Shown one piece after another: positions 13,325 to 25,903 of a stretch of DNA of 64,000 bases. The notes below the pieces were generated by a model. That model did not search any database, had not been told where the DNA came from, and was given only the letters and a program-made list of their open reading frames with translations. The stretch covers positions 103,728,001 through 103,792,000 of the forward strand of contig NC_086107.1 of NCBI RefSeq assembly GCF_963921235.1, read 5' to 3'. Position numbers and translations under genes: made by a program. This DNA is from Mobula hypostoma (Eukaryota). Numbering within the stretch: the first letter of the stretch is position 1; each line of letters opens with the position of its first letter.

Positions 13325-13477
13325 ACAGAATATGCCCGGTTTGAAAACGGCCGCTTTCTGTACCGGATCCATCGTTCTCCGATGTGTGAGTACCTCGTCA
13401 ACTTTATCCACAAGCTGAAGCAACTGCCTGAGAAGTACATGATGAACAGTGTCCTGGAGAACTTTACCATTCTGCAG
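13325..13477 (+). CDS. TEAD2: TEAD2-like coding exon (contains the conserved palmitoylated Cys, RSPMCEY)
   Basis: tttatctcctccag|aca ... cag|gtacga; 153 bp, phase 0-0; [51 protein letters not shown]. Confidence 0.97.
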
Positions 13478-15194
13478 GTACGATTGTTGGCAAATAAATA
13501 AACTGAATTTAGACGAAATGATCCGACTGTCAGCAACATGCCTCTTCATGATGGTTGCTGTGATTAGCATCACTTGTGGGATCTTTTAAGGTTTTATTAC
13601 TAGTCTTAAATATACACTTGTTAAAAATTCATCGACTATTTGAAGTAACTGGCTGGTCATTGAATTTTCTTGCATTTGCAAGCTGCAGTCTGATAAAAAA
13701 TATTACTTTATTGAATGCAGGCAATTTAATGCATGGTCTGAAACGTACAACCAGAATGCTCCGTGCATTAGGTTTACAAATGTGTACATTTATACTCACA
13801 GGCATGCTGCAGGTCACTCTTACAGGAAAACTGAATACCAGAAGCTGTCCCGGCTGAAGAGAGTTTCCCCTCACTTCCACCACTCCCGAGTCTCTCTCCC
13901 CTGGGGCCCTAATCCCAGGCCTGAAGCCTGATGGATTTCCTTTGAAAATTCCACCTTGGGCCTTGTGCTGTTAAATTTCCTATGTCTGGGACCTCATCAC
14001 ATGTTTGTTGTTCAACATTGTTGTTTGTTGTACAGCACCGTACAGGCCTGTCGGCCCATGACATTGTGCCAACCTTTTAACCTACTCTAAGATGAATTTA
14101 GTCCTTCGCTCCCACTTAGCCCTCCGTTTTTCTATCATCCACGTGCCTCTCTAAAAATCCCTAATGTACCTGCCCCTACCATCACCCCGGCAATGCATTC
14201 AATGGTTCAATTTAAAATCGAAGAATGTATACAGTATGCAACCTGTAATTCTTACTCTTTTCAGACGTCCACAAACCAGAAAAAAAAATTACAAAGAATG
14301 AATGAGAGAAAGCATTAGAACCCCAAGCACCCCCCCCCCCCGCCACTTCCGGACATCCCACCTCTCCCGGAAGTTCCGGGAGTCTCCTGCATATTAATAG
14401 TGGCTCCCTGATGCCCGCAAATTATATACAATATCCCAGAAATCAATTTTTTTGAGAGCGAGAGAGCGCAAGAGCGAGAGGGAGAGCGTGAGAGAGAGCG
14501 AGCATGCGAGCGACCACGCGAGAGGGAGAGAGAGAGAGAGAGTGCGTGCTAGAGAGAGAGAGCGCGCACGCACGCTATGGGAGAGTGTTCCAAAAAAAGA
14601 AAATATAAACGTACGTCACCCCAGACTACACTAAAATGTACCCCTCCCTAATAGGGGTCAAAAATAATGACAGTGTTGCTCGCTGCGCGGTTTGCAACAG
14701 TGACTTTTCTATTGCCCATGGTGGGTTAAGACTGTAAAAGACATGTTGAGGTGAGTTTAACAGGTGCCATTCGTTCATTAGCATAGCTAACGTTATTTAA
14801 ACTAGCTGGCCAGCTGCTAAGGAGCTACTCTGTTGCAGACATCCCACCTCTCCCAGAGGTCTCCCGCAAATTGATGGTGCTACCTCCCTGAAATGAGTTT
14901 TTGCAGGGTGGGTTGTCTGCACTTCCCCCTTTGACACACAAGCAGTGGCAAAAGCATCAACCACCCGCTTCCCCACACTTGCTCCAGCAACAGCATCAGC
15001 CCCCTCCCCACCACCCACCGTGCACGAAATAGCAACGCCCCCTAGAGACGCTGATCTAGAGTCTGTGAAAATCTACTGTCTATCCCAACACTTTGGCGTC
15101 TCAAACAGGCCCTCTCCCTCACACACCTGCCACTCTGTAAAAACTTACCTCTGATATCAGCCCTACCTCCCTCCAAACAGGTTGATTCCATGCC

Positions 15195-15415
15195 TTGCCT
15201 TGTGCCCTTAACTCCTGGTGGAGTTGTCTGGGCGCCATCATGACAAGATTTTCACCAGTCTGTTCCATCTGTCGCGGTTGTGTGCCAGAGCCTGGGTCAC
15301 CGCAAATGTTTTCCCCTGTCCATTCTTTAATGTTGTCCGTCCATCTTTTCCTCTGTCTACCTCTCCATCTTTTCCCCTCCACAGTTCCCTGTAGACTGGT
15401 CTTTGCAAGGCCACA
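15195..15415 (-). mobile_element. RTE-clade LINE 3' fragment
   Basis: KTSLQGTVEGKRWRGRQRKRWTDNIKEWTG...LAHNRDRW, the characteristic RTE C-terminus. Confidence 0.75.
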
Positions 15416-16791
15416 TTTGCAAAACACGTCGATGTTATGCCATAAATAGAGGTCATAACTTTAAGGTGGGCAGTAAGAGATTTACAGTAGCTTCTGCATA
15501 TCGACCATTTAACACAATTTGGCAGTATTCGCCAAATTCTACCCCAATAATGTGAGTCCTTAGTTCTTCCATTACTTTTCTTGCTCCGATATTCTCATCA
15601 TTTTATTTCATTTAATATTTGGAATCCACAATTTAAACTGTACATAGTACTCTCATCAATACATATTCACAGTCACCCCATTATTTCAGTATTTATGTCC
15701 TACAATATCGAGGCTTCTGTTGGTCAAAGTTGACCATGGTTGTGCGTCCTAGCTGTCTAGATACACGACCCTGGACAGTACGATATGGAGGGCAAGCCGT
15801 TGCCCGAGTACCGAGCTCCCCCTCTCCACGCATCTGATGAGCCTAGAGAAACAGCAGAGACCGATATAGTTTGGCACCAGCAGCGCCACAGGAGTCAACG
15901 GTCAGTGTTGGACTCAATGTAGGGGCTCCAGCACTGGATTTTTTCCCTTGGGGTTTACTCCAAAGTGGGTGTAGCTGCAAGGCGGTGGAGGTTTGAAATC
16001 AGAGTTTTCCTTCTCTTGGATGAGCTGCCAACCACAGCTGACGAGCCCAGTCTGCCCGAAGCGGCTGGTGTTAAGGCGCCTGTAAAACGCCTTTGCCCCT
16101 TCTGGTGGAAACGGTTCCGCCAGGATTAGGAGCTAAGCCACACGTGAAGGTCAGGAATTGGACTTTGTTATCAGAAGCCATTTGAGATGCACACCATTGG
16201 GAGCATTTAATAGGTAGTGGGAACTTATCCCCATTACCACCCCCCCGGGTATAACAACTTTAAGGAACCCTACAATACAGAGCCATACTCGTTGCTTCCT
16301 CTGCCCGTGTCTAGTTGCATGGACCTGTGTGGTCACCCCATCCCAAATCTCCTCAGTTGTTCACTGCCTGGACCCCATTCAAGATTCAAGTTTATTTATC
16401 GTGTGTACGTCAAACACACAGTGAAGTTTGTTGTTGTGGTGTTCGCCGAGCTTGGCAATCAGCCTGCAGGTTTTCTCTCCGGGAGTGCTCGCGAGCTGAG
16501 CGCGTCGCCTCGACTGGCAGTGAAACGTCCGCCAGCTGGTCGCCAAGCTCGGCGAACACCGCGACATCAAATGCCTCAACCCGAGCTACCGACATTCACC
16601 GCCGTCCTAAATACAATGAAACAACCAACACACTCGAGGTGTGCTGGGGTGGGGGCAGGGCCAGCCCACACGTGTGGCTACACATCCCAGCACCAACACC
16701 GTACACCCATCACATTCCACAGCTCAACACCCTCTAACTGTGTCCTTTCTTCATTTGAATAACTATCCTGACTTTCTCTAATCTCTTCCAG

Positions 16792-16905
16792 GTAGTAACC
16801 AACAGAGATACACAGGAACTACTCTTGTGTGTTGCTTATGTCTTTGAGGTCTCAACAAGTGAACACGGAGCCCAGCATCACGTCTACAGACTCGTGAAAG
16901 ACTAA
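16792..16905 (+). CDS. TEAD2: TEAD2-like terminal coding exon
   Basis: ctctaatctcttccag|gta ... gac taa; [37 protein letters not shown]; stop at 16903-16905. Confidence 0.97.
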   Translation, partial: VVTNRDTQELLLCVAYVFEVSTSEHGAQHHVYRLVKD

Positions 16906-17364
16906 ACAAAACCTCTGCTCTAACATACTCAAGTCAACCTCCAGGTTGGGAGGTTTATTAGGTGCAGCCTTTGCATCCTGATGCATCTCCAATGAAAACA
17001 CAGTCAGGGCTCCCTAATGGGGCCGGATTTCTCTACAACACTAAAAGTTCTTGTGGCTGGATTTGCAAGGACAGCAATTGTTCTCGAAGACTTTCCAGTG
17101 TCTTTGTGAAAGCGACAGCATGTTGGACTTGGACAGATCACAACCATAACAATGGGTTGCCATGGAAGCCCAGGAGTTGTGTGTTTGTAATGAGGTCAAT
17201 CTGATCATTTGATGTTGATAAATCTTGTTCTTTACCTGCATTGCTGATTGGAAATGATGGAAGTGATGTCAAGTACTTGAACATAAAATCCAGAAAAAAA
17301 GGAATTGGCTGATCCCATAAGGACGAAGGACTAAGCCGACGTTCACCCCTCTGGAAAGGGTGAA

Positions 17365-17366
<2 letters not shown>

Positions 17367-17413
<47 letters not shown>

Positions 17414-17922
17414 TGTGTGTGTGTTTGACTCTTCCTGAAGTCAGAAGCTGGTATGGGGAAAGTAAGTGAATGCCTGACTGTGACACTCCCTCCCCACAAA
17501 ACAACATCAGCTTGATTTGACTTGTACCATTTATACCTCCCCTCCTCACTCTGTATGATAGGCTGTGATTTGGTACATGTTTCTAAACCCCTGGTCAAAG
17601 GATGATAATGTGATGTTTACAGTAGGCTCTTCAACCTTTGGGTACAATGAGCAGCGTACAAAACTGTGTCATGGGTTTTCCTCTGAAGCTTTGTGTGTGT
17701 GCGGGAGAGACCATGTGTGTACCTATGTAATTGCTTTGTAATTTACTATGTAATTACTATGTAATTGTAATTGTGTGCGTGCCTCTGTATGTTTGAGTTA
17801 TATGTATGCATCTTTTTGTCTGTATGTGTGTGTGTATCTCTGTATTCATCTGTTTGTGTGTTACATGTATCTGTGTGTGTGTCTGTAGAGTATGTGTGTT
17901 TGTCTGTGTGCATCCATGTAAT

Positions 17923-17969
<47 letters not shown>

Positions 17970-18070
17970 GTATGTGTGTGCATTTGGGTGTGTATGAGTG
18001 TGTGTATGTGTATGTACAGTATGTATCTATGTATGTGTGTGCCTGTCCATTTGTCTATGTCTCTGTTATA
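17367..18070. repeat. (GT)n microsatellites and GT-rich low-complexity tract downstream of the TEAD stop codon
   Basis: Pure (GT)n at ~17367-17423 and ~17925-17965 with degenerate GT/ATGT repeats between them. Confidence 0.9.
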
Positions 18071-18071
18071 G

Positions 18072-18320
18072 TGTGGGCACGTGGCCAAGTGGTTAAGGCA
18101 TTGGACTAGCGACCTGAAGGTCGTGAGTTCGAGCCCCAGCGAGGGAATGTGTTGTGTCCTTGAGCAAGGCACTTAATCACCTCTGTGACAACACCGGTGC
18201 CAAGCTGTATGGGTCCTAATGCCCTTCGACAACATTGGTGTCGTGGAGAGGGGGGGCTTGCAGCATGGGCAACTGCTGGTCTTCCATACAACCTTGCCCA
18301 TGCCTGCACCCTGGAGAGTG
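18072..18320 (+). mobile_element. tRNA-derived SINE
   Basis: Pol III A box tggccaagtgg and B box gttcgagcc in a tRNA-like head; an inverted copy of the same family lies at ~44375-44670. Confidence 0.75.
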
Positions 18321-20329
18321 AACATATATATATATGCGTGTGTGTGTATGTGTGTGAAAGCACATTTCTATATTTCTCACCAGTGATATACATTTCCCTG
18401 CAGTTTGACAGATGGTTTCAGACACTGCACTGATGATTTATGTTGTGAGAGCTGATCTAATGCCTGTCCACTCACACACAAACCTATCCTTTACACCTTC
18501 AAGGTAGGGATCAGAAGATGCTTGGTTCAAACATATTTATATAGCTCAAAGTACCAGCTAAAGAGGAGAAACAGGAGCAATTCATCTGGGCTAAGGAGGC
18601 CGTGAACTGTCCTTGGCGAGTAGGATTGGGTAGAATGTGAAGGCATTTTCTTTATATGTACATAAGGAGCAAGATGGTACCTAGGGAAGTGTTGGTCCAT
18701 GCAATAACAGAAAAATACCTCTCCACCACCACTACCACCCTCTGTCATCTCTCACCAAGTAGATTCTGGATCCAATTTAGCAACTCACCATGGATTCTAC
18801 ATGACTCCTTCTTCCAGACCAGGAGATCCCAACCTTTATTATGCCATTAAGCAAGGGGTCCATGCATTCCAGGTTAGGCATCCCAGATTGGGAACCCCTG
18901 TTCTAGACCACCCTACAAAGAGGGACATTTTAAAATACTTTACCCAAACCCATGTAGACACATCCTCTGCCTTGCCCTCATCCATCAATGCTTCCCTCAG
19001 AATCCTGGGATAGATCCCACCAGGCCTTCAGGACTTATCCACCTGAATGGTTATTAAGACACCCAACTCTTCCTCCTTAATATCAACATTCCTTTGATCA
19101 TCAACACCTCCCTAATCACACCACCATCCATGCCCAGCTCCTTGGTGAGTGCTCATGGGCAAAGAAGTAACTAAAAATGTTGCCAGCTCCACCTACCATT
19201 TCTCTCCTTCATTCTTGGGTGGAAGCCACCATTTCCTCGGATACCTTGTGCTCCTCAAATACATGTAAAATGCCTTGGGATTCTCCTTAAATCCAACTTG
19301 CCAAGGACATCTCTTGGCCCCTTTTAACCTTCATGATTCCTTGTTTTCCTTTTCTACTTCCTCAGATTTCAGCTTCCTAAAACTTAGAAAGTGGGCAATT
19401 TGTTAGGTACACCTGTACACCTGCTCGTCAATGCAAATATTTAATCAGCCAATCATGTCGCAGCAACTCAATGCATAAAAGCACGCAGACATGGTGACGA
19501 GGTTCAGTTGTTGTTCAGACCAACGTCAGAATGGGGGAAGAAATGTGATCTAAGTGACTTTGACCATGGAATGATTGGCTGGTGCCAGATGAGGTGGTTT
19601 GAGTATCTCGGAAACTGCTGATGAGCTGGGATTTTCACACACAACAGCCTCTAGAGTTTGCAGAAAATGGTGCAAGAAAACCAAATAAAAACAGCCAGTG
19701 AGCAGCACTTCTGAGGGCAAAAACACATTGTTAATGAGAAAGGTTGGAGGAGAATGGCCAGGCTGATTCAAGCTGACAGGAAGGCCACAGTAACCCCAAT
19801 AACCATGTATTACAACAGTGGTGTGTGTAGAAGAGCATCTCTGAACACCCAACACATCAAATGTTGAAGTGGATGGGCTACACCAACAGGAAATCATGAG
19901 CATACATTCGATGGTCACTGAGTGTACACTTTCCTTTCCTTTTTGACCAAACTTACAACACCCGGCGCCACCCAAACCTTGCCATCCCTGTCTTTCCTCC
20001 TCACTGGAAGATGCTGGACCTGAACTTTAATCAACGTACTGTCAAAAGTCTCCAATATGTCAGATGTGGATTTACCCTCAAACAGCTGCTCCATTTCCTG
20101 CCTAATACTGACATAACCAGCCTCCCACCAGTTTAGCACTCAAATCCAAAGACCACTCTTAATTTTATCCAGAATTCCTAAAACTTATGGAATTGTGGTA
20201 ATTAATTCCACGATACCCCATTATGGAAACTTTGTTCATCTGACCAGGCTCATTCCCCAGTATAAAATCAGGGACAGTCCCATACCTAGTTGGACTATCT
20301 ACACCATTTCAAGAAACCCTCCAAAGTCC

Positions 20330-21580
20330 AAAGTAGATTTATTACTAAAGCACATATCTGTCACCATATTCAATCCTGAGATTCATTTTCTTGCCGGCAT
20401 ACTTATTAAATCCAATTACTATAGTAGGATTGATGAAAGGCCGCACCAACTGGATGTGCAAAAGGCAACAAACTGTGCAAATACAAAAAGAAATAAATAA
20501 TAGTAAATAAGCAAAAAATGTTGAGAACGTGAGGTGAAGAGTCCTTGAAAATGAGTCCGTAGGTTGTGGGAACGTTTCAGTGATGGGCAAGTGATTTGAG
20601 CGTAGTATTCTCCTTTGGTTCAAGAGCCTGATGGTTGAGGGGTAGTAACTGGTCCTGAAGCTGGTGATGTGAGTCCTGAGGTTATTGTACCTTCTTCCTG
20701 ATGGCAGCAGCGAGAAGAGAGCACATCCCGGGTGGTGGGGCTCCCTGATGATGGATGCAGCTTCCCTGCAACGTTTCTCCAGGTAGGTAAGTTCAATGGT
20801 GAGGACGGTCTTACCTGTGTTGAACTGGGTCATATCCTCTACATTTTTGGATTTTCTGTTCGAGGGCATAGGTGTTTCCATACCAGGCTGCAATGCAGCC
20901 AGTCAATATACACTAACAACTTGTTAAAGAGTTTACAAATTTCATGACACACGCTGGTGATAATAAACCTGATTCCGATTCGCTACATATCTATGGAAGT
21001 TTGTCAAAGTTTCAACTGTCATGCCAAATTTTCAGAATTTGGCTCTGCTGTGTTTTCTTCGTAATTGCACATGCTCTGAAATGAGGAATTTAAAGTTACT
21101 GACCCTCTCTGCCTCTGGCCCCCGATGTGGTCTATCTCTGGATTCCTCCTCCTGAAGTCAATAATCAGCTCCCTGGGTTTTGCTGACGTTGAGTGAGAGG
21201 TTCTTGAGGCACCAGTCAGCCGGGTTTACAATCTCCCTCCTGCATGCTGGTTCATCACCACATTTGATTTGACCAGCGACAGTGGTGTCGTCAGCGAACT
21301 TGAACATGACATTGGAGCTGTGCTTAGTCACAGAATCATAAATGTCAGGTGAGTAGAGCAGGGGGCAAGGCCCACAGCCTCCTGGTGCATCTGTTCTGAT
21401 GGAGGTTGTGGAGGAAATGTAGTTGCCAATCCGAATTGACTAGGGTCTGCGTATCAGGAAATTGAGGATCCAGTGGCACAAGGAGGTATTGAGGCCAAAG
21501 TCTTGAAGCTTATTGATTAGTTTTGAGGGGACGGTGGTATTGAAGGTAGAGCTGTAGCTGTAAAGAGCATCCTGATGATG
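20330..21580 (-). mobile_element. Rex-Babar/L2-type LINE fragment, degraded
   Basis: ORF 20345..20893 REAASIIREPHHPGCALFSLLPSGRRY...FRTSYYPSTIRLLN; FADD-region remnant (aagttcgctgacgac on -) near 21290. Confidence 0.7.
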
Positions 21581-22379
21581 CTCTCCAAATGCTCCAGAGT
21601 TGAGTGTAGATCCAATGAGACAGGATGCATCTAAAGTAATGCTGCCCCATTGAAGTCCCTGGCACTAAGGGAGTCCCAGTCAATATTGGGGAAGTTAAAA
21701 CCACCCTCTAGAACAACCTTACTGTTTTCACATATTTCCAGTTTTCCCCGCCAGTTCCCACTGGCTATTGGGAGGCCTGCAGTATATAGCTAATCGTAGT
21801 GACGCCATCTTTCCACCCACATTGCCTCGCAGAATGTTCCCTCCGGGATGTCCTCTCTAAGTGCAACCATGACATTCTTCCTATCAGTAATACCACTCCC
21901 CCCCCCCCACCTCATTTACATCCTCATATTCTGTTTCGGTGGCCTCAGACCTGACAGGATAAATGTTGATTTCCCTAGCTCCCAGTAATTTCTCCCCTCT
22001 TCTTTTCCATTCGCCTTTCTGGGTCCCCTCTTACCCCTTCTCTTCTCCTCGCCCGCCTATCACCTTCCCCTAGTAGACCTGCTCCTTCCCTTTCTCCCAA
22101 AATCCTCTCCTAACAGATTCGGCCTTCTTCAGCCCTTTACCGTTTCCACCCATCAGCTCCCAGATTTTCCCTTCATCCTTCCCTCCCCGACCCACTTACC
22201 TTCCCCCTCACCTGGTTCCACCTGTCGCTTGCCAGCTTGTACGCCTTCCCCCTCCCCTCCCCTTCTAATTGTGGCTTCTTCCCCCTTCCTTTCAGGTCCT
22301 GATGAAGGATCTCAGTCTGAAGCATCAACTCTTTATTCCTCTCCATAGATGCTGCCTGACCTGCTGAGTTCTTCCTGCG

Positions 22380-22410
<31 letters not shown>

Positions 22411-23010
22411 GCTCTAGATTTCCAGCATCCGCAGAATCTCTTGTGTTTACCTGTCACATCTAAAGCATTGGTACCTAGCTCACTGAGCTGCCAGTCCTAC
22501 TCCTTTCTTGACCAAGTTTCTGTAATGACCACATGTATTCTGCACTATGTAAGTCTGTCTGCCTGAGTTGTGACACTCCTTACACTGAAATATATACACT
22601 TCAGGCTGTCTGTCCCACCATGATCTTTAACCTGGCCTTGCCTGTTGTTCCTTAGACCTCCTTGCCTTAACTCCTGTCTTCTTGGAGTGCTGGTATTGTG
22701 AGCAATTTTGGGCCCTCTATCTGAGAAGGGATGTGCTCGCGTGGGGGAGGTTCCAGAGAATGACCCTGGGAATGAATGGGTTAATATATGAGGTGCATTT
22801 GATAGCTCAGGACGTGTACTCACTGGAGCTTAGAAGAATGGCGGGGGGGGGGGTTGGGGTGGGGGCAGAATCTCATTGAAAGCTATGGAATATTGAAAGG
22901 CCCAGGCAGAGAGTGGTAAATACAAAATACTCTGCAGATGCTGGGGTCAAAGCAACACACACAACACGCTGGAGGAACTCAGCAGGTCAGGCAGCATCCG
23001 TGGAAACGGA

Positions 23011-23048
23011 CAGTCAACGTTTCGGGCCGGAACCCTTCGTCAGGACTG
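23011..23048 (-). ncRNA. Minimal type I hammerhead ribozyme motif in Penelope-like terminal repeat
   Basis: Minus strand cagtc-CTGACGA-a-gggt-tccg-gccc-GAAA-c-GTT-gactg; stem I cagtc/gactg, stem II gggt/gccc, palindromic aacgtt in place of stem III. Confidence 0.6.
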
Positions 23049-24320
23049 AAGAGGGAGGGGCCAGCCTTCTCCTACCAGCCTTGGAGAAGATGTTTCCTAC
23101 TGTGGGTTTCTTGGACACAGCCTCAGAATAAAATGACTTCGCTTTAGAACAGAAATAAGGAGGAATTTCTTTAGCCAGAGTGCGGTGAATGTCTGGAACT
23201 CATTGTCACAGATGGTATGAAGATTGTCAATGGGTATATTTAAAGCGGAGGTTGATAGGTTCTTGATTAGTATCAGAAGGCATCATTAAGTTCCCATGGA
23301 CCAGCTGGTGACAAACACTGGGTAAAGAGCATGGATCACAAGACCGTATAACCTTGTCCCGCCCTCACAAACTGCTCTAAGATATAGAATGTGGAAAGGT
23401 TGGAATCATTGAATAGCTGATAAGAAGAGGAGTGGGGATAGGAACAAGGATGGGGCAGGAACAGGAACAGGATTGGGAGCAGGAATAGAGTTGGGGACAG
23501 GGAAAGGGATGGTGGACGTGCATGGGGATGGACAAGAGGGGAGAGATTTGAGAGGAACTTGAGTGCGGGGTCGGTATATGGAATGAGCTGCCTGAGGAAG
23601 TGGCTGAGGGAGGTACATTAAACATATTTAAACCGGCACGTGGACAGGTACATCGATAAGAAGTGTTCGGGGGATGTGAGCCAAATGCAGGGACGTGGCT
23701 TGAGTAAACAAGTTGGTTAGCATGGATGAGTCGGGCCGAAGGGCCTACTGCCACGCTCTATAGCTCTGTGACCCCATGACTGGAGTGGCAGTGAAGTTCA
23801 AGAGCAGGGGTGGGGAGAGGAACTGGGACTGGGACAGGAATAGGGATGGAGCCAGGAACAGGAAGGTGAACTAGAGTAGGAACCACCTCCGGGGATTTTG
23901 ACATTTCCAGCATCACCGAGTCAAACCAACACCAGAACCGGCTGGTTGGATGAGCTGACCACCACCCAGCGTGTGGGCTGGGAGTTCTTTGTACTGGCTG
24001 GTCCAGCCCACAGGGTAGGGCACAAACACAACACAGAAAATGCTGGAAGAACTCAACAGGACAGGCAGCACAAGCGTCCCCCAAATATTAGCTGTTCATC
24101 CTTAAAAAAGCTGCCACTCCCAAAACGCTTCCAGCATTTCCTGTCTGTGTCTCAGACCTGCAGCATCTGCAGGTTTTTAGTTTCCTCGGGACACGAATAT
24201 CGCCAGCAGATGATAAGATGTGAAGGCCCAGGCTTTCGACCATGACCCAGCCCCTCATCAGCGCAATAATCATCTCCACAGACAACCCAGCACACGGCTC
24301 ACTGACACCCACCAAGTGAC

Positions 24321-24326
24321 TTTATT
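24321..24326 (-). terminator. Polyadenylation signal AATAAA of the neurotensin-like gene
   Basis: tttatt on + strand, ~65 nt downstream of the TGA at 24393-24391 on the minus strand. Confidence 0.7.
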
Positions 24327-24390
24327 GAGCGATTTGCTTTGCAAATGATTTCACGCTGTGAGTCGGGGAGCAGCAGGCCGTCGCCGGGGA

Positions 24391-24549
24391 TCAGCGGAGA
24401 GGCAGCGGAATTCCGAGGAAGCGCCACAGGATGTACGGCCACTTCTTGTTGGAGTTAAGTTGCCGCTTCAGGATGTACGGTGACCTTTGGCGGCTGGATT
24501 TCTTCAACATTCGCCTCCCGTTTTCCTTCCATGTTTCACACAGCAGGGC
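24391..24549 (-). CDS. Neurotensin/neuromedin N-like precursor, terminal coding exon (peptide-encoding)
   Basis: Strong acceptor ctaactctgcctgtttctgtccgcag|; phase 0; ALLCETWKENGRRMLKKSSRQRSPYILKRQLNSNKKWPYILWRFLGIPLPLR*. The tandem PYIL-KR-QL..NK..PYIL pattern matches the NTS C-terminus (human KRKIPYILKRQLYENKPRRPYILKR). Confidence 0.9.
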   Translation of the reverse strand, partial: ALLCETWKENGRRMLKKSSRQRSPYILKRQLNSNKKWPYILWRFLGIPLPLR

Positions 24550-25903
24550 CTGCGGACAGAAACAGGCAGAGTTAGGGACCAGAGTCCGGTGGAATCCCTG
24601 CCCGCTGGGGTTAAAGGACTGTGTATGTGCGTGGCTGGGAGGGATGATGGTTTTGTTCTATGTTGTTTCTCTCACCTTATTTCCTTACCTGCCCATCACC
24701 TCCCTCTGGTGCTCCTTCCCCTTCCCTTTCTTCCGCGGTCTTCTGTCTTCTCCTCTTCTCCAGCCCTGCATCTCTTTCACCAAGCAACTTCCCAGCTCTT
24801 TAATTCACCCCTCCTCCCTCCCGGTTTCACCTTTCACCTTGTGTTTCTTCCTCCCCTACCCCCACCTTCTAACTCTGACTCCTCATCATCTTCCTCCAAT
24901 CCTGACGAAGACTCTGTACTCTTCTCCATAGATGCCGAGTTCCTCCAGCATTTTGTGTGCATTGCGTGGGCTTGTTGTGTTGGTTTATTTATTTATTTAT
25001 TGGGATACAGTGCAGAACAGGCTCTTCCAGTCCTGCAACCCCCGATTTAATCCTAGCCTGACCTCGGGTCAGGTCACTCGTCTGAGTACTACTGGTACCA
25101 TGTAACCCAGTACTACCTGTCGCATAGTCGGGTGGTCGGCGACTAAACCGGCTCCCCCCACCAGGCTTACCCGTTGAGGAGGGTGGCTAGACATCCTGCA
25201 GGACGAAAAACAAGACCTGTCAAAGGGTGGATGAACCCTCTCGTAGGGTCAATGGCCATCTAGCAAACACGTGCCGGGAAGCGGGGAAAGGGCATCCCTC
25301 GCATCGAAGCTTGGTCTGGCCATTCACTGCAACAGAACTTCCCCCGGCCGTCTTGGACCCCACCGTGCAGCTGGATCCGGGATGGGATGTCGAGAGGGTG
25401 GGTCTGGACCTGTGCAACCCCCTACTCACCTAAAATCCACTCAAGCACACGCTGTTCCTTTCTGAGGAGTGCGGTACCACCCCACCAACTGAGTGAGAGG
25501 AACCATCATCATCCAATGGGATGGATAGCCAGAGAGAGAGAGAGAAGATCCTAGCCTAATCACAGAACAGTATACAATGACCAATTAACCCACCAACTAG
25601 TAGGTCTTTGGACTATGGGAAGAAACTGGAGCACCCGGGGAAAACATACAATCTCCTTACAGGCAGCAACGGGAATCGAACCCGGGTCACCTGTACTGCT
25701 AACCACTGCACTGCTGTGCCGACCTATGCTGGTGCCAGAATGTTTGGCAACGCTTCAGCACACCCACAGGCGTGTTGGTTTTCAACGCAAACAACACACT
25801 TTGCTGTACATGTGGCAAATATAGTTAAATCTTGAATCTTGACCAATCAGCATTCAGGAAATCTCCTGCAGACATGACGTACCAAATCGGAGAGTTAATC
25901 TAC

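Noticed and set aside
15834..15870. ctgatgagcctagagaaac hammerhead-like core
   Set aside because: No convincing stem II/III or cleavage triplet could be paired; lies in an unrelated interspersed repeat.
18072..18145. tRNA-like sequence
   Set aside because: Continues into a SINE body present in other copies; not a functional tRNA gene.
16906..19400. TEAD 3'UTR end / poly(A) site
   Set aside because: No clear AATAAA was found by eye near the stop codon, so the transcript end is not called.
23430..23885. Pro/Val-rich minus-strand ORFs from ggaacagg/ggggat repeats
   Set aside because: Low-complexity purine repeats flanking a CR1 tail; no splice or homology support.
24431..25050. Plus-strand ORFs of 166 and 187 aa
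   Set aside because: Antisense to the neurotensin-like last exon and running into a Penelope pyrimidine tract; no recognisable protein.
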